A stretch of 55,191 nt of DNA from Bdellovibrionales bacterium (GTDB lineage Bacteria > Bdellovibrionota > Bdellovibrionia > Bdellovibrionales > UBA840): contig JBBKWS010000014.1 in assembly GCA_037969075.1 (NCBI GenBank), positions 1 through 55,191 on the forward strand, read 5' to 3'. The notes under the pieces are model-generated. The model searched no databases, was not told the origin of the DNA, and saw only the letters and a list, made by a program, of their open reading frames with translations. The position numbers and the translations under genes are program-made. Positions 35,898 through 45,189 of this stretch are shown here, piece by piece; positions within the stretch are counted from its first letter, which is position 1; each line of letters opens with the position of its first letter.

Positions 35898-36067
35898 AAT
35901 TTCCTCTCTAATTGCCTATAGAATGATCCTAACAGGTTAGAACAAACAGGGTAAGTCTATCCTAAAAGACTGGACTACTTCTAAAAATTTTCTGTGCCTT
36001 GCGTAAGTCTATTTTTAGCTACCGATTCGATTAAAAGGTCTGTAAAATTAGGTAAAAAAGGTACTGT

Positions 36068-36880
36068 ATGAAGAAAAATTTCTTACTCTTTAAAAATCCC
36101 GCAGTTGTGACTTCGGTTATTATAAATGCAGCTCTTATTCTATTAGGAATTTATTTTATCCAAACGAATGTAGATGCCTTCACCAGATATACCAAAGAAG
36201 ATGGTCTTGTAGAGTGGATGCAATTTTTAACTTTTTCAACCACTGCTATTTTTTTATTTTTTGTAGTATTCGAAAGAGTTCATAGGGGCGAGTCTCTTAA
36301 GCACTTAGAAAACCTAGGCATACTAGGCTTAGGCTTATTATTTTTCTTTGGCTCGATGGAAGAGATCAGTTGGTTCCAAAGAATCGCAGATATTCAGGCC
36401 AGCGATTTCTTTTTATCACATAACAAACAAGCTGAAACCAATTTACACAATTTAAAAATTGGTGAAGTAGGAATCAACAAGTTGATTTTTGGAAAAATAT
36501 TATTTATAGGATTATTTTCCCATAATGTAATATTGCCTCTGCTCTCCATAAAAAAACCCAAGATCAGGCATTGGGTAGAATCAAAAGGCTTGTTTTTGCC
36601 ACCATTACTATTAGTGGCGGTATACTTGAGCTTAGCCATACTACTAGAGATCTTTGTAAAGCACAGAAGAGAGAAAGAGATTCTTGAAGTGATCGGAGCA
36701 ATACATTACTTTACATGTATCCTAATGACCTATGGCTTAGGCGTCGGTTACAGTAAACCCATCCTTACTAACTTAGAAGAAAAGAGACGTGCTGGAATTT
36801 TATTTAGCGCTTTACTTGTATTCTTAATTTATATTTCATGGATCCTAGGAAATATGTCGTTGAAAGATTTTTTACTTTAA
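36068..36880 (+). CDS. hypothetical polytopic membrane protein (270 aa)
   Basis: About 7 hydrophobic segments. Its stop lies 1 nt before the start of the LtaS-like gene, suggesting translational coupling. Confidence 0.65.
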   Translation: MKKNFLLFKNPAVVTSVIINAALILLGIYFIQTNVDAFTRYTKEDGLVEWMQFLTFSTTAIFLFFVVFERVHRGESLKHLENLGILGLGLLFFFGSMEEISWFQRIADIQASDFFLSHNKQAETNLHNLKIGEVGINKLIFGKILFIGLFSHNVILPLLSIKKPKIRHWVESKGLFLPPLLLVAVYLSLAILLEIFVKHRREKEILEVIGAIHYFTCILMTYGLGVGYSKPILTNLEEKRRAGILFSALLVFLIYISWILGNMSLKDFLL

Positions 36881-36881
36881 A

Positions 36882-38768
36882 ATGTCGTATTCAACCAAAG
36901 ACAAAGCATTACTTATTTTAAGAAATATAGCACTAATGATGTTGTTTTACACAATGTCACGATTAGCTTTCTTAGTATTAAACTACCATCTATATTCAAC
37001 CAACTCAGCCGCAGATATTGCTATCACTTTTTTCTATGGCCTACGCATCGATTTATCAACAGTATTGATCTTATCGTGTCCCTACATATTGTTGCTACTG
37101 CCGCCTTTTAATTTTACCTATTCAAAGTGGTATCAAAAAGTACTATCTGCTATATTTTTCGTATGCCATATACCTATATATATATTAAATGTAACGGATA
37201 TCGAGTATTACAACTTCACAGGCGCACGCATGACAACTGGTCTTGGCGCTCAAAAATCAGAAATCTTAAATCAGATAGGGCAATTTACTGTCAACTACTG
37301 GCACATCACTCTATATTGTGTTCTTAGTATTTTTATTTTTTTTAGATACTTTAGCACTTTAAAAAAAAGATCCATAAATAAACAAAAAGCCCTTTTATAT
37401 ATTGTTAAAACTCTTTCAATCCTAGCTTTGGTTTTAATTGGAATTCGTGGAGGCTTGCAAAAGAAAGTACTGCAACCATCATTTGCGTTCACTGTTACTA
37501 GTAACCAATTAGCAATATTGACATTAAATTCAAGTTTTACACTTTTAAAAAGTAGCAATAAAGATCAAGTCTTACCTGTAAGCTATTATAAATCATGGCC
37601 TGAAGTATACAGTCATATACCACACCCAACATTTAATGAGCCTACAGACAAAAAAAAACAGAATGTTGTCGTCATACTACTCGAAAGTTTTGCCACAGAG
37701 TTTTGGGGTGCGGCAAACAATGATAATGGCTACACACCTTTTTTAGATTCATTGGCTAAGCAAGGACTCTTTTTTAGGAATAGTTTTGCAAACGGTAGAA
37801 AATCGATAGAAGCAGTTCCCGCTGTCTTATTTGGCTTTCCATCTTTAATGGACCACCCCCTAGCAAAATCTAAATTTCAGTTTAACACATGGCATGGGAT
37901 TGCCGAGCAACTAGGCGAGAATAATTACCACACTAGCTTCTTTCATGCTGCAGAAAATGGAAGCATGTACTTTGATGCAATAGCAGCTCTTTCTGGTTTT
38001 GATGAGTTCTATCCCTTAGAAAGGTATCCAAGGCCTGAAGATACGGATGGCTATTGGGGCATATATGACGAGCCATTCTTACAGTATGTAGTAAAAGAAA
38101 TTAACACTTTTCAAAAACCATTTTTCTCAATGGTATTCACCTTAAGTTCACACCAGCCCTATCCGATTCCAGAAAAATATACGGGAAAATTTAAAAAAGG
38201 TCCTACACCTCTACATGAAAGCATCGGCTATACGGACTATGCATTAAAAATGTTTTTTGAAATGGCCAGCAAGCAAGAATGGTTTAAGAACACTATCTTT
38301 ATCATTACTGGCGACCACACACAGATGTCACCATCAGTTAACTACGCTACAACTTTTGGTAGATACATGGTCCCACTACTTATTTATCATCCCACACATA
38401 CTCTTATCGCTAACACAGATAAAGTAGTTCAACACACTGACATTTTGCCCACAGTTTTAGATTATGTTGGCGCTAAAAACCCTCAAGTCACTCTCTTTGG
38501 CAGACCCATCTGGCAAAACGATGAAGGCTCCGCCATTTTCCAAAACAACGGACTTTACCACCTAGTTAAAAAATCCTACGCGATAGAATACGACAGCAAT
38601 AAGAATACATATACATACTATACCTATACCGACCCTAATCTTGCAGAAGTATCTGACGTTAGTGACATTATAAAATCACAATTAAAAAATGAGCTAATGG
38701 CTTACATTCAATATTTTAACAATGGGCTAAGTCAAAATAAGCTTTATAACTGGGGCTTAGACAAATGA
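36882..38768 (+). CDS. LTA-synthase/phosphoglycerol-transferase family protein (sulfatase-like, alkaline phosphatase superfamily)
   Basis: 5-TM N-terminus followed by an extracytoplasmic domain with NVVVILLESF, SSHQPY and FIITGDH motifs. 628 aa. Confidence 0.8.
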   Translation: MSYSTKDKALLILRNIALMMLFYTMSRLAFLVLNYHLYSTNSAADIAITFFYGLRIDLSTVLILSCPYILLLLPPFNFTYSKWYQKVLSAIFFVCHIPIYILNVTDIEYYNFTGARMTTGLGAQKSEILNQIGQFTVNYWHITLYCVLSIFIFFRYFSTLKKRSINKQKALLYIVKTLSILALVLIGIRGGLQKKVLQPSFAFTVTSNQLAILTLNSSFTLLKSSNKDQVLPVSYYKSWPEVYSHIPHPTFNEPTDKKKQNVVVILLESFATEFWGAANNDNGYTPFLDSLAKQGLFFRNSFANGRKSIEAVPAVLFGFPSLMDHPLAKSKFQFNTWHGIAEQLGENNYHTSFFHAAENGSMYFDAIAALSGFDEFYPLERYPRPEDTDGYWGIYDEPFLQYVVKEINTFQKPFFSMVFTLSSHQPYPIPEKYTGKFKKGPTPLHESIGYTDYALKMFFEMASKQEWFKNTIFIITGDHTQMSPSVNYATTFGRYMVPLLIYHPTHTLIANTDKVVQHTDILPTVLDYVGAKNPQVTLFGRPIWQNDEGSAIFQNNGLYHLVKKSYAIEYDSNKNTYTYYTYTDPNLAEVSDVSDIIKSQLKNELMAYIQYFNNGLSQNKLYNWGLDK

Positions 38769-39847
38769 ATTGTTTGTGTCGGAAATGCAAAGCCCACTTT
38801 TAAGCTGTCCGCCAAAGTGTAGACCTCTAGAAGAATTTTTTCTTTTTCAATCAATTCCCCTTTAATATCACGAACATTCAAGAAAAAGTTCAGCAATATG
38901 TTCAGGCTAAAATCTCCGTAACTGTCAAATACGACAGTGATATTATCCTTATCCGCCAACTCATTAGATGCGATTACTTTTTTAATTCCATTAATAAAAT
39001 CTTTCATCAATTCAGGTTTCGTGGAATATTCTACACCTAAGTGCAACCGCACACGACGCTGTACTCTTACACCTAAATTATCAATATGCGATTTAGCCAT
39101 TTCTGCATTTGGAACAGTTATTAAAGAGCCATAGAATGTTCTAACTTTAGTAGAACGAAAGCCAATATCTTCTACAGTGCCTTCAACATTAGACACCTTA
39201 ATGATATCGCCTATACGAAATGGCCTGTCTAGTAAGATCATAACCGAACCAAAAAAGTTCGCGCATGTATCTTGTGCTGCCAGCGCAATAGCTAAACCAC
39301 CTAAACCAAGACCCGCTAAAAGCGACATTACATTAATGCCAAAATTTTGCACAATAATTAAAAAGCCAAAGATAGCTACAAAAACTTTAAGTGTTTTTTG
39401 TAATAAAACAAACACCTGATCATCTATAGGTAGACGCTTTGCATTTGTAGACGCCTTAACAACACCGACAAACACATCAACAGATTTATAGATAAAAAGG
39501 ATTAAATTTAAACCTATATAAAGTCGGATCCCAGCAAGAAGACCATGCTCAACAGTATCTCCAAAATTACAAAATCTAATGCCAATATACCAAAAGAGTC
39601 CTGCAAATATTCGACCCGCATAAGACTTAGAAACCTCAACAAGTCTGTCATCCCAATCTGTAAGTGTTAATTTAGTAAACGAGAATATTCTAGGCCAAAG
39701 TGCCTGTATGAGTTTTTGCAAAACAAAGCCTACAAGAAGCAGTAAAAAAAGAAGAAGCCATTTACCATTAGTAAGTAAGAAAAATTCTGAATCAAGGATT
39801 TTAGTTTCTTTAAGGTAGGCATTTAGATTATTAAGTAATTTTTCCAT
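38744..39847 (-). CDS. MscS-family mechanosensitive channel
   Basis: GLGGLAIALAAQDTCANFFGSVMILLDRPFRIGDIIKV...GTVEDIGFRSTKVRTF is the conserved TM3/beta-domain core of MscS. Confidence 0.85.
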   Translation of the reverse strand: MEKLLNNLNAYLKETKILDSEFFLLTNGKWLLLFLLLLVGFVLQKLIQALWPRIFSFTKLTLTDWDDRLVEVSKSYAGRIFAGLFWYIGIRFCNFGDTVEHGLLAGIRLYIGLNLILFIYKSVDVFVGVVKASTNAKRLPIDDQVFVLLQKTLKVFVAIFGFLIIVQNFGINVMSLLAGLGLGGLAIALAAQDTCANFFGSVMILLDRPFRIGDIIKVSNVEGTVEDIGFRSTKVRTFYGSLITVPNAEMAKSHIDNLGVRVQRRVRLHLGVEYSTKPELMKDFINGIKKVIASNELADKDNITVVFDSYGDFSLNILLNFFLNVRDIKGELIEKEKILLEVYTLADSLKVGFAFPTQTIHLSKPQL

Positions 39848-39848
39848 T

Positions 39849-39884
39849 CTCTTCCTTCTTTAAGCCTAACTTAAGAAGGAAGAG
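39849..39884 (-). promoter_or_regulatory. SD-sequestering stem-loop immediately upstream of the MscS start codon
   Basis: Minus strand: CUCUUCCUUCUU-aaguuaggcuua-AAGAAGGAAGAG-a-AUG. 12-bp perfect stem (39849-39860 / 39873-39884). The 3' arm contains the only SD-like sequence (GAAGGAAG). Confidence 0.6.
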
Positions 39885-39900
39885 CGGAATAGTCAATTTA

Positions 39901-40638
39901 CTAATTCAATTTTTGAGAGTAGCCATCACCACGTACGTAGAAAACTTGTGCATTCTCTTCTTTAACAAAAATCGTTGAGATATTATATCCAACTTCCACT
40001 TCAACACCCGGAACTGGGCTATCGAGTGAAGCTGTGTTTTGTATATTCTTAATCTTAACATCTGAGTTTAATTCAAAGCCCCACAAAACTCTAACATGTA
40101 CAGGACTAACTGAAACATTACTCAGGTATTGCCCTTTGCCATTGTATGTCCCACCACTAGTATATGTTAGACGGTATGAGAATCTAATCACATCTACACC
40201 GTAAAAGTTTTTATAAGTCACTTGGTAGACAGTGCTCTTAGGAGCTTGCCAACCAGCCATTTGATCCCAAGCCGTTACTTCTTTTGGTAATACTGATACT
40301 GCATTATAAGTGGTATTCATAACTGGCTGATTTTCTTTAATGATGGTCCAAATCTCTTTACCAACTGCTATGAATACGCCTACCTCAGAGCCAGTAAGAC
40401 CAATCATGCTACCTAGAGTGTCTACATCTAGTGGCGCATCTGCCTTTTCAAACCAAATGTCAGTAGCAGCATTAACAGCATCATCACCTTTTTGAATTTC
40501 ATTAACCAGTGCTTGATGATCAGATGGCATTTCACGTACTTCAACAGAGCCTACGCTAAAATAAGCAGGATCTAAAGATGCTTGTGCAGTTGCCACGAAA
40601 CTAGTCATTACGAAACCTAACAGTATTGATTTTTTCAT
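39901..40638 (-). CDS. hypothetical secreted protein (245 aa)
   Basis: Signal peptide MKKSILLGFVMTSFVATAQA|SL. SD AAGGGGGG. Beta-rich composition. No family recognised. Confidence 0.65.
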   Translation of the reverse strand: MKKSILLGFVMTSFVATAQASLDPAYFSVGSVEVREMPSDHQALVNEIQKGDDAVNAATDIWFEKADAPLDVDTLGSMIGLTGSEVGVFIAVGKEIWTIIKENQPVMNTTYNAVSVLPKEVTAWDQMAGWQAPKSTVYQVTYKNFYGVDVIRFSYRLTYTSGGTYNGKGQYLSNVSVSPVHVRVLWGFELNSDVKIKNIQNTASLDSPVPGVEVEVGYNISTIFVKEENAQVFYVRGDGYSQKLN

Positions 40639-40780
40639 AATCCCCCCTTTGGATTGGTTAGTGAATAGTGAAAAAAGGTGAAATCAGCAAGTATTTTTTT
40701 CAAAACTTCACGTATCTAATGTATATCTAACGAAAGAAGCCTGATATAGGTACAATTGAAAAAAGTTTATGGGAGATATA

Positions 40781-42178
40781 ATGAAAATTTTTCCAAATGA
40801 TACTTGGACAGAGTGGAATAAAACAACTGAAGAGCTAAGAACAAGTTCTACAACTTTTAGGTTAGAACTCTTAGAAGACATTGAAAAACAAGTTAAGGTA
40901 TTTACCGAAGAAGTATTTAAGGCTCTAAGCTCTGACTTATCAAAACCCAGGACTGAGTCCCTACTAACCGAGATAGCCCCTGTAATTCAAGAAATTGGTT
41001 TCTTTAAAAAAAATCTTAGTGATTGGATGAAACCAAAAAAGGTTAAGAGTCCGCTTACATTGCTGGGGACATCTAACTGGACAAAGTATGAGGGTAAAGG
41101 AAAAGTTTTAATTTTATCTCCCTGGAATTATCCATTTAGATTAGCAATGAATCCTGTCATTGCCGCTATTGCCGCCGGAAACAGCGTGTGCTTAAAAGCC
41201 TCTGAACACAGCGGTGAAACAACAAAAATTATTTATAAAATACTATCTTCCTCAAAAGCTGAAAGATTCATTAAATGCTTTTCTGGAGGACCAGAGGTAG
41301 CTAAGGAGTTGCTGTCATTGCCTTTTAATCACGTATTCTTCACTGGCGGTACAAATATAGGTCGTGATGTTATGAGGCAAGCTGCAGAGAATTTAATTCC
41401 GGTTACCTTAGAGCTCGGAGGAAAAAGTCCAACTTTTATCCTCTCAGATGCTGATCTAAAAACAAGCGTCGAAAGAATACTTTGGGGGAAATATATGAAC
41501 GCTGGTCAAACTTGTGTAGCTCCTGACTATGTTCTGCTCTCTGAAGATATGCTTACCGAATTCAAGAGTTTAGTATCACAAACACTAAAAAGATTTTACG
41601 GAGAAGATGCAAAGGCCTCTGCGTCTTATGCAAGAATGATAACTGAAAACCATGCAGCAACGATTATTTCAGCTATAGATGAAACTGATAAAGAAAAAAT
41701 AATATATGGCGGTTCGTATGAACTTAAAACAAAATACATAGAGCCAACAGTGATTCTAAATCCTTCATTAGATTCCAAGCTCATGAAACAAGAAATATTT
41801 GGCCCAGTATTACCCGTGATGACTTACCGTGATTTGAAGGATGCTATCAAAATTGTGCAAAATTATGATAAACCCCTAGCACTGTATGTATTTACACAAA
41901 ACCAAAAATCATTTTCTAAAATTACTGGCATCCTCTCGTCAGGGGCAGCGTTAATGAATACAGTTGCAACTCATCTGGCAAATCCTTACTTACCTTTTGG
42001 AGGCGTTGGAGCAAGTGGCATAGGAAAGTATCATGGCAGATTTGGCTTCGAAGAATTAAGCCATTTGCGCAGTTATCAAAAAGTACCTGCCTTCTCCATC
42101 TTGAAATCATTTCTACCTCCCTATGAAAAACTAGAAAAAAAGCTCGAGAGCTGGAAAGAAGTTTTATACAAATTATGA
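40781..42178 (+). CDS. aldehyde dehydrogenase, class 3 (fatty/aromatic aldehyde) family
   Basis: ELGGKSP, GQTCVAPDY and EIFGPVLP motifs. Start at MKIFPN (SD GGGAGatata) is preferred over the ATG at 40769. Confidence 0.8.
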   Translation: MKIFPNDTWTEWNKTTEELRTSSTTFRLELLEDIEKQVKVFTEEVFKALSSDLSKPRTESLLTEIAPVIQEIGFFKKNLSDWMKPKKVKSPLTLLGTSNWTKYEGKGKVLILSPWNYPFRLAMNPVIAAIAAGNSVCLKASEHSGETTKIIYKILSSSKAERFIKCFSGGPEVAKELLSLPFNHVFFTGGTNIGRDVMRQAAENLIPVTLELGGKSPTFILSDADLKTSVERILWGKYMNAGQTCVAPDYVLLSEDMLTEFKSLVSQTLKRFYGEDAKASASYARMITENHAATIISAIDETDKEKIIYGGSYELKTKYIEPTVILNPSLDSKLMKQEIFGPVLPVMTYRDLKDAIKIVQNYDKPLALYVFTQNQKSFSKITGILSSGAALMNTVATHLANPYLPFGGVGASGIGKYHGRFGFEELSHLRSYQKVPAFSILKSFLPPYEKLEKKLESWKEVLYKL

Positions 42179-42861
42179 ACATTCCTATTTTATATGAAGA
42201 CAACTGGATCTGTGCTGTTAACAAACCAGGGAAAATTCAATCTCACAGCACAGATTTAGATAAAAAAACTGACAATGTTGTTGATCTATTAAAAGATGCA
42301 ATAGGTACACGGTATTATCCTGTTCATAGATTAGACAGAGGGACCTCTGGCGTACTGCTGCTGGTAAAAGACAAAAGCTTTGTATCTCAACTACAACATT
42401 CTCTACAAAACTTACCCCACGCAAAAAAATATGTAGCTATAGTTAGAGGGCAAACCGCAAAGGCAGGATTAATTGTGCGAGAGATGGAGGATGCTTACTC
42501 TACTAAAATTCAATTTAGTAAATCTACCTACAAAACATTAGAACAGTTTAGCTCTGCTATACCCAACAGGCCGCATCCGAATACCTGCTTCAGCAGCTTA
42601 CTCTTAGAACCTATCACCGGTCGCACCCATCAGCTGCGTAGACATCTATCAAAAATCGCAAGACCTATTGTTGGCGACATGGAGTATGGGGATTCTAGTC
42701 TAAATAAATTTTTTAGAAATCAATTTGGGGAATTACATTTATTGTTACATGCTAGAGAACTAATGTTTTGGCATCCATTTTTAAAAGAAAAAATTCTTAT
42801 AGGCGCAGATGTCCCTAGTTACTTTTTAGATTTTAAGAATTATTGTTTACGTCCTCAGTAA
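42175..42861 (+). CDS. RluA-family pseudouridine synthase (TruC-like, no S4 domain)
   Basis: Catalytic HRLDRGTSGVLLL and TGRTHQLRRHL motifs. ATGA overlap with the upstream gene. Confidence 0.8.
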   Translation: MNIPILYEDNWICAVNKPGKIQSHSTDLDKKTDNVVDLLKDAIGTRYYPVHRLDRGTSGVLLLVKDKSFVSQLQHSLQNLPHAKKYVAIVRGQTAKAGLIVREMEDAYSTKIQFSKSTYKTLEQFSSAIPNRPHPNTCFSSLLLEPITGRTHQLRRHLSKIARPIVGDMEYGDSSLNKFFRNQFGELHLLLHARELMFWHPFLKEKILIGADVPSYFLDFKNYCLRPQ

Positions 42862-43399
42862 CTAGCGCTTTTCGAATCCAGCCACCTAAAGCCTTATATC
42901 CAATAGCCTCTACAACCAACGGAATAATTTCAATAATTGCATTCTTATCTTTAAGATCCACACTATTAACAATATTACGGGTCTGAAGAAAGATACTGTC
43001 CATATCTTTTTTAATAGCCTTAATCACTTTGTTTCTTAGGTACCAATAGACAAAACATAAAAGACTAATTACTACTAATGCTAGTACACCACTTAGCCAT
43101 GCGTAATTCTTAATTTTGTCAATACTCTCAATTTTAGATACCGAACTAACGCCTTGCTCTCTCGGTTCTAATAAAATTTGAATCTGCCTACCATAGCCTT
43201 TTTCAATTGCATCTTTAATGGTAAGGCCTTCAATTTCTGTAAGGATTTTATTTTGTTCATCATGAACTAACGCCTGGTAGGTCGTATTTAAGTATAAGTA
43301 ATGCATCCCTACACTAAACAAACTTAAGAATAAAGTAAGTAAAGCTATGCAGACACTTACTAGAATCACTCTTTGATATAACTTAATACGCTTTATCAT
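42833..43399 (-). CDS. hypothetical membrane protein (188 aa)
   Basis: Two TM segments flanking a soluble loop. ATGA start/stop overlap with the AI-2E transporter gene. Last gene of the operon. Confidence 0.55.
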   Translation of the reverse strand: MIKRIKLYQRVILVSVCIALLTLFLSLFSVGMHYLYLNTTYQALVHDEQNKILTEIEGLTIKDAIEKGYGRQIQILLEPREQGVSSVSKIESIDKIKNYAWLSGVLALVVISLLCFVYWYLRNKVIKAIKKDMDSIFLQTRNIVNSVDLKDKNAIIEIIPLVVEAIGYKALGGWIRKALVTEDVNNNS

Positions 43400-44685
43400 A
43401 TGATTTTATACGCCTTTAGTTGGTCTGTTAATGTCTCTACAAGTACCTTTGATACAACGATCAAGGGTACCGCCAAAAGCATCCCTACTACTCCGTATAA
43501 TGTTGCACCAACAACTAATGCTAAAATAACAACAATTGGATGTAAATCTACCGCGTTACCAAGAACAACTGGCTGAAAATAAAGATCATCTAACAACTTG
43601 GCGAAAGCGACACTAGCCAGAACCCCAATAAACACATGATCGACAGTCATATAAGGGATCAGTGGATTCACTTCTTCGACAATCAAACCATACGTTAAAC
43701 CAATCACAAGCCCAATCACTGGCCCCAAAAATGGAATCGCATTGGCTATAGCTGATGCTATACTAATTAATATTGCGGCCTTCCAAGGCAGGCCAATCAA
43801 TATAAATGGTATTAACATACTGATACCGACTAATGATGATTGTAGAAATGTACCACGTAAATAATTTCCTATTGCAATATCAACTCGGTGAACCAGAGTT
43901 AGTGATAGCTCAAAAAAGCGATTTGGTACCAAGCCAATCATGTACCTTCGAATTCTGCCTTTATCAAAAAGTAAGAATAAAAAGATAAGCGGCATTAGGA
44001 ACCACGCTGATATAGAGGAGTACAAACTTTTAAGTTTAAAGTGCTCTGGTCCCATTAACAACTCAAATGAACTCTCGCTAGAAGGGGCACGCGGAATCGA
44101 ATAAAAATTTTCTTTATTAAAAAGATAATAAGATTTTACTTTAGTCTCTAAAGAAGTCAGAGTGCTTTTATTAAGCAGCTTTTCAAACTCCTGTTGCTCT
44201 ATCTCATCTAGACTAAGCAACTGGTTAACAGCTCCCAAACCAGGGACAACTTCCTGAATTATCATTTTGCTAACAAATGATTTATGGTTGTTTTTTACCA
44301 ATGGAGATAATTTTTCATTAATTTTGTATTGTAGACGAATATATAATGATAGCTCTTCTTGCCTATTTGGCAGTGATTTTTTTACTTGGACATAAAGACC
44401 ACCCAAACTAAGAGAAAGAGCTAAACCTAAAATTGCAAACCTAAGAGAGTTTGGGAGAAATTTATATCTAAAACTATTCATCAGGGGCTTACAGATATAG
44501 GCTAAAAGCGCTCCGACTAAAATTGGTAATATAATGTGTTTTAACGTTATCACTGTAAAAATAAAGGTGACCGACAACACTAAAATTAGAGTAATATAAT
44601 ATAGCTTAGCCCTTAGCGGGCGGCCGTTATCCGATTTTATCATAAGCCTGTAAACTTTCTTTTTCCATTTTTTCAAAAATTTCAT
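43396..44685 (-). CDS. AI-2E (PerM/UPF0118) family transporter
   Basis: Polytopic. Conserved C-terminal block ANAIPFLGPVIGLVIGL...LGNAVDLHPIVVILALVVG. The start may be the internal MIKSD (44643). Confidence 0.7.
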   Translation of the reverse strand: MKFLKKWKKKVYRLMIKSDNGRPLRAKLYYITLILVLSVTFIFTVITLKHIILPILVGALLAYICKPLMNSFRYKFLPNSLRFAILGLALSLSLGGLYVQVKKSLPNRQEELSLYIRLQYKINEKLSPLVKNNHKSFVSKMIIQEVVPGLGAVNQLLSLDEIEQQEFEKLLNKSTLTSLETKVKSYYLFNKENFYSIPRAPSSESSFELLMGPEHFKLKSLYSSISAWFLMPLIFLFLLFDKGRIRRYMIGLVPNRFFELSLTLVHRVDIAIGNYLRGTFLQSSLVGISMLIPFILIGLPWKAAILISIASAIANAIPFLGPVIGLVIGLTYGLIVEEVNPLIPYMTVDHVFIGVLASVAFAKLLDDLYFQPVVLGNAVDLHPIVVILALVVGATLYGVVGMLLAVPLIVVSKVLVETLTDQLKAYKII

Positions 44686-45181
44686 TCATAGACTTCAGTC
44701 TCTCGGCCAACATGACAGCAATTGCTTTATATATTTTACATGTAATATCAGCGTCAGTGACCATCATCTTCTCTAAATCTTTACGGTATAAAGCATAACA
44801 AGTAGTCTTCTTAACGGCCCTAGCTGACGCAGTTCTCTCGGTATAATTAACTAAGGCTAAATCTCCCATGCATTGAGTTTCCGTAAGTGTGGCTAGATTA
44901 TACACCCGGCCACTTCTTTCGATTTCAATAGCCACTTCGCCTGTGTGAATCAAAAACAAGGCCGCTCCTGGATGATTTGAATTAAACACAAATTCATCTT
45001 CCTCGTATGTCCTATGGTATAGAATCTCACTAAGTCTTGCCAACTGCCAGCTACTTAGATCATTGAGTAGTGGGATTGATCGTAAAAATTGAATAACATC
45101 AGAATGTGACTTATATTTTAAGTTCTTAACTATAGCTTTCCAGAGAATTTCTTTTGCGAGTAAATATGACATACTACTCAA
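44627..45181 (-). CDS. cyclic-nucleotide-binding domain protein (184 aa, no recognised output domain)
   Basis: GDLALVNYTERTASARAV is a phosphate-binding-cassette-like sequence, preceded by a beta-roll region (FVFNSNHPGAALFLIHTGEVAIEI). Confidence 0.65.
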   Translation of the reverse strand: MSSMSYLLAKEILWKAIVKNLKYKSHSDVIQFLRSIPLLNDLSSWQLARLSEILYHRTYEEDEFVFNSNHPGAALFLIHTGEVAIEIERSGRVYNLATLTETQCMGDLALVNYTERTASARAVKKTTCYALYRKDLEKMMVTDADITCKIYKAIAVMLAERLKSMNEIFEKMEKESLQAYDKIG

Positions 45182-45189
45182 TCGGCAGA

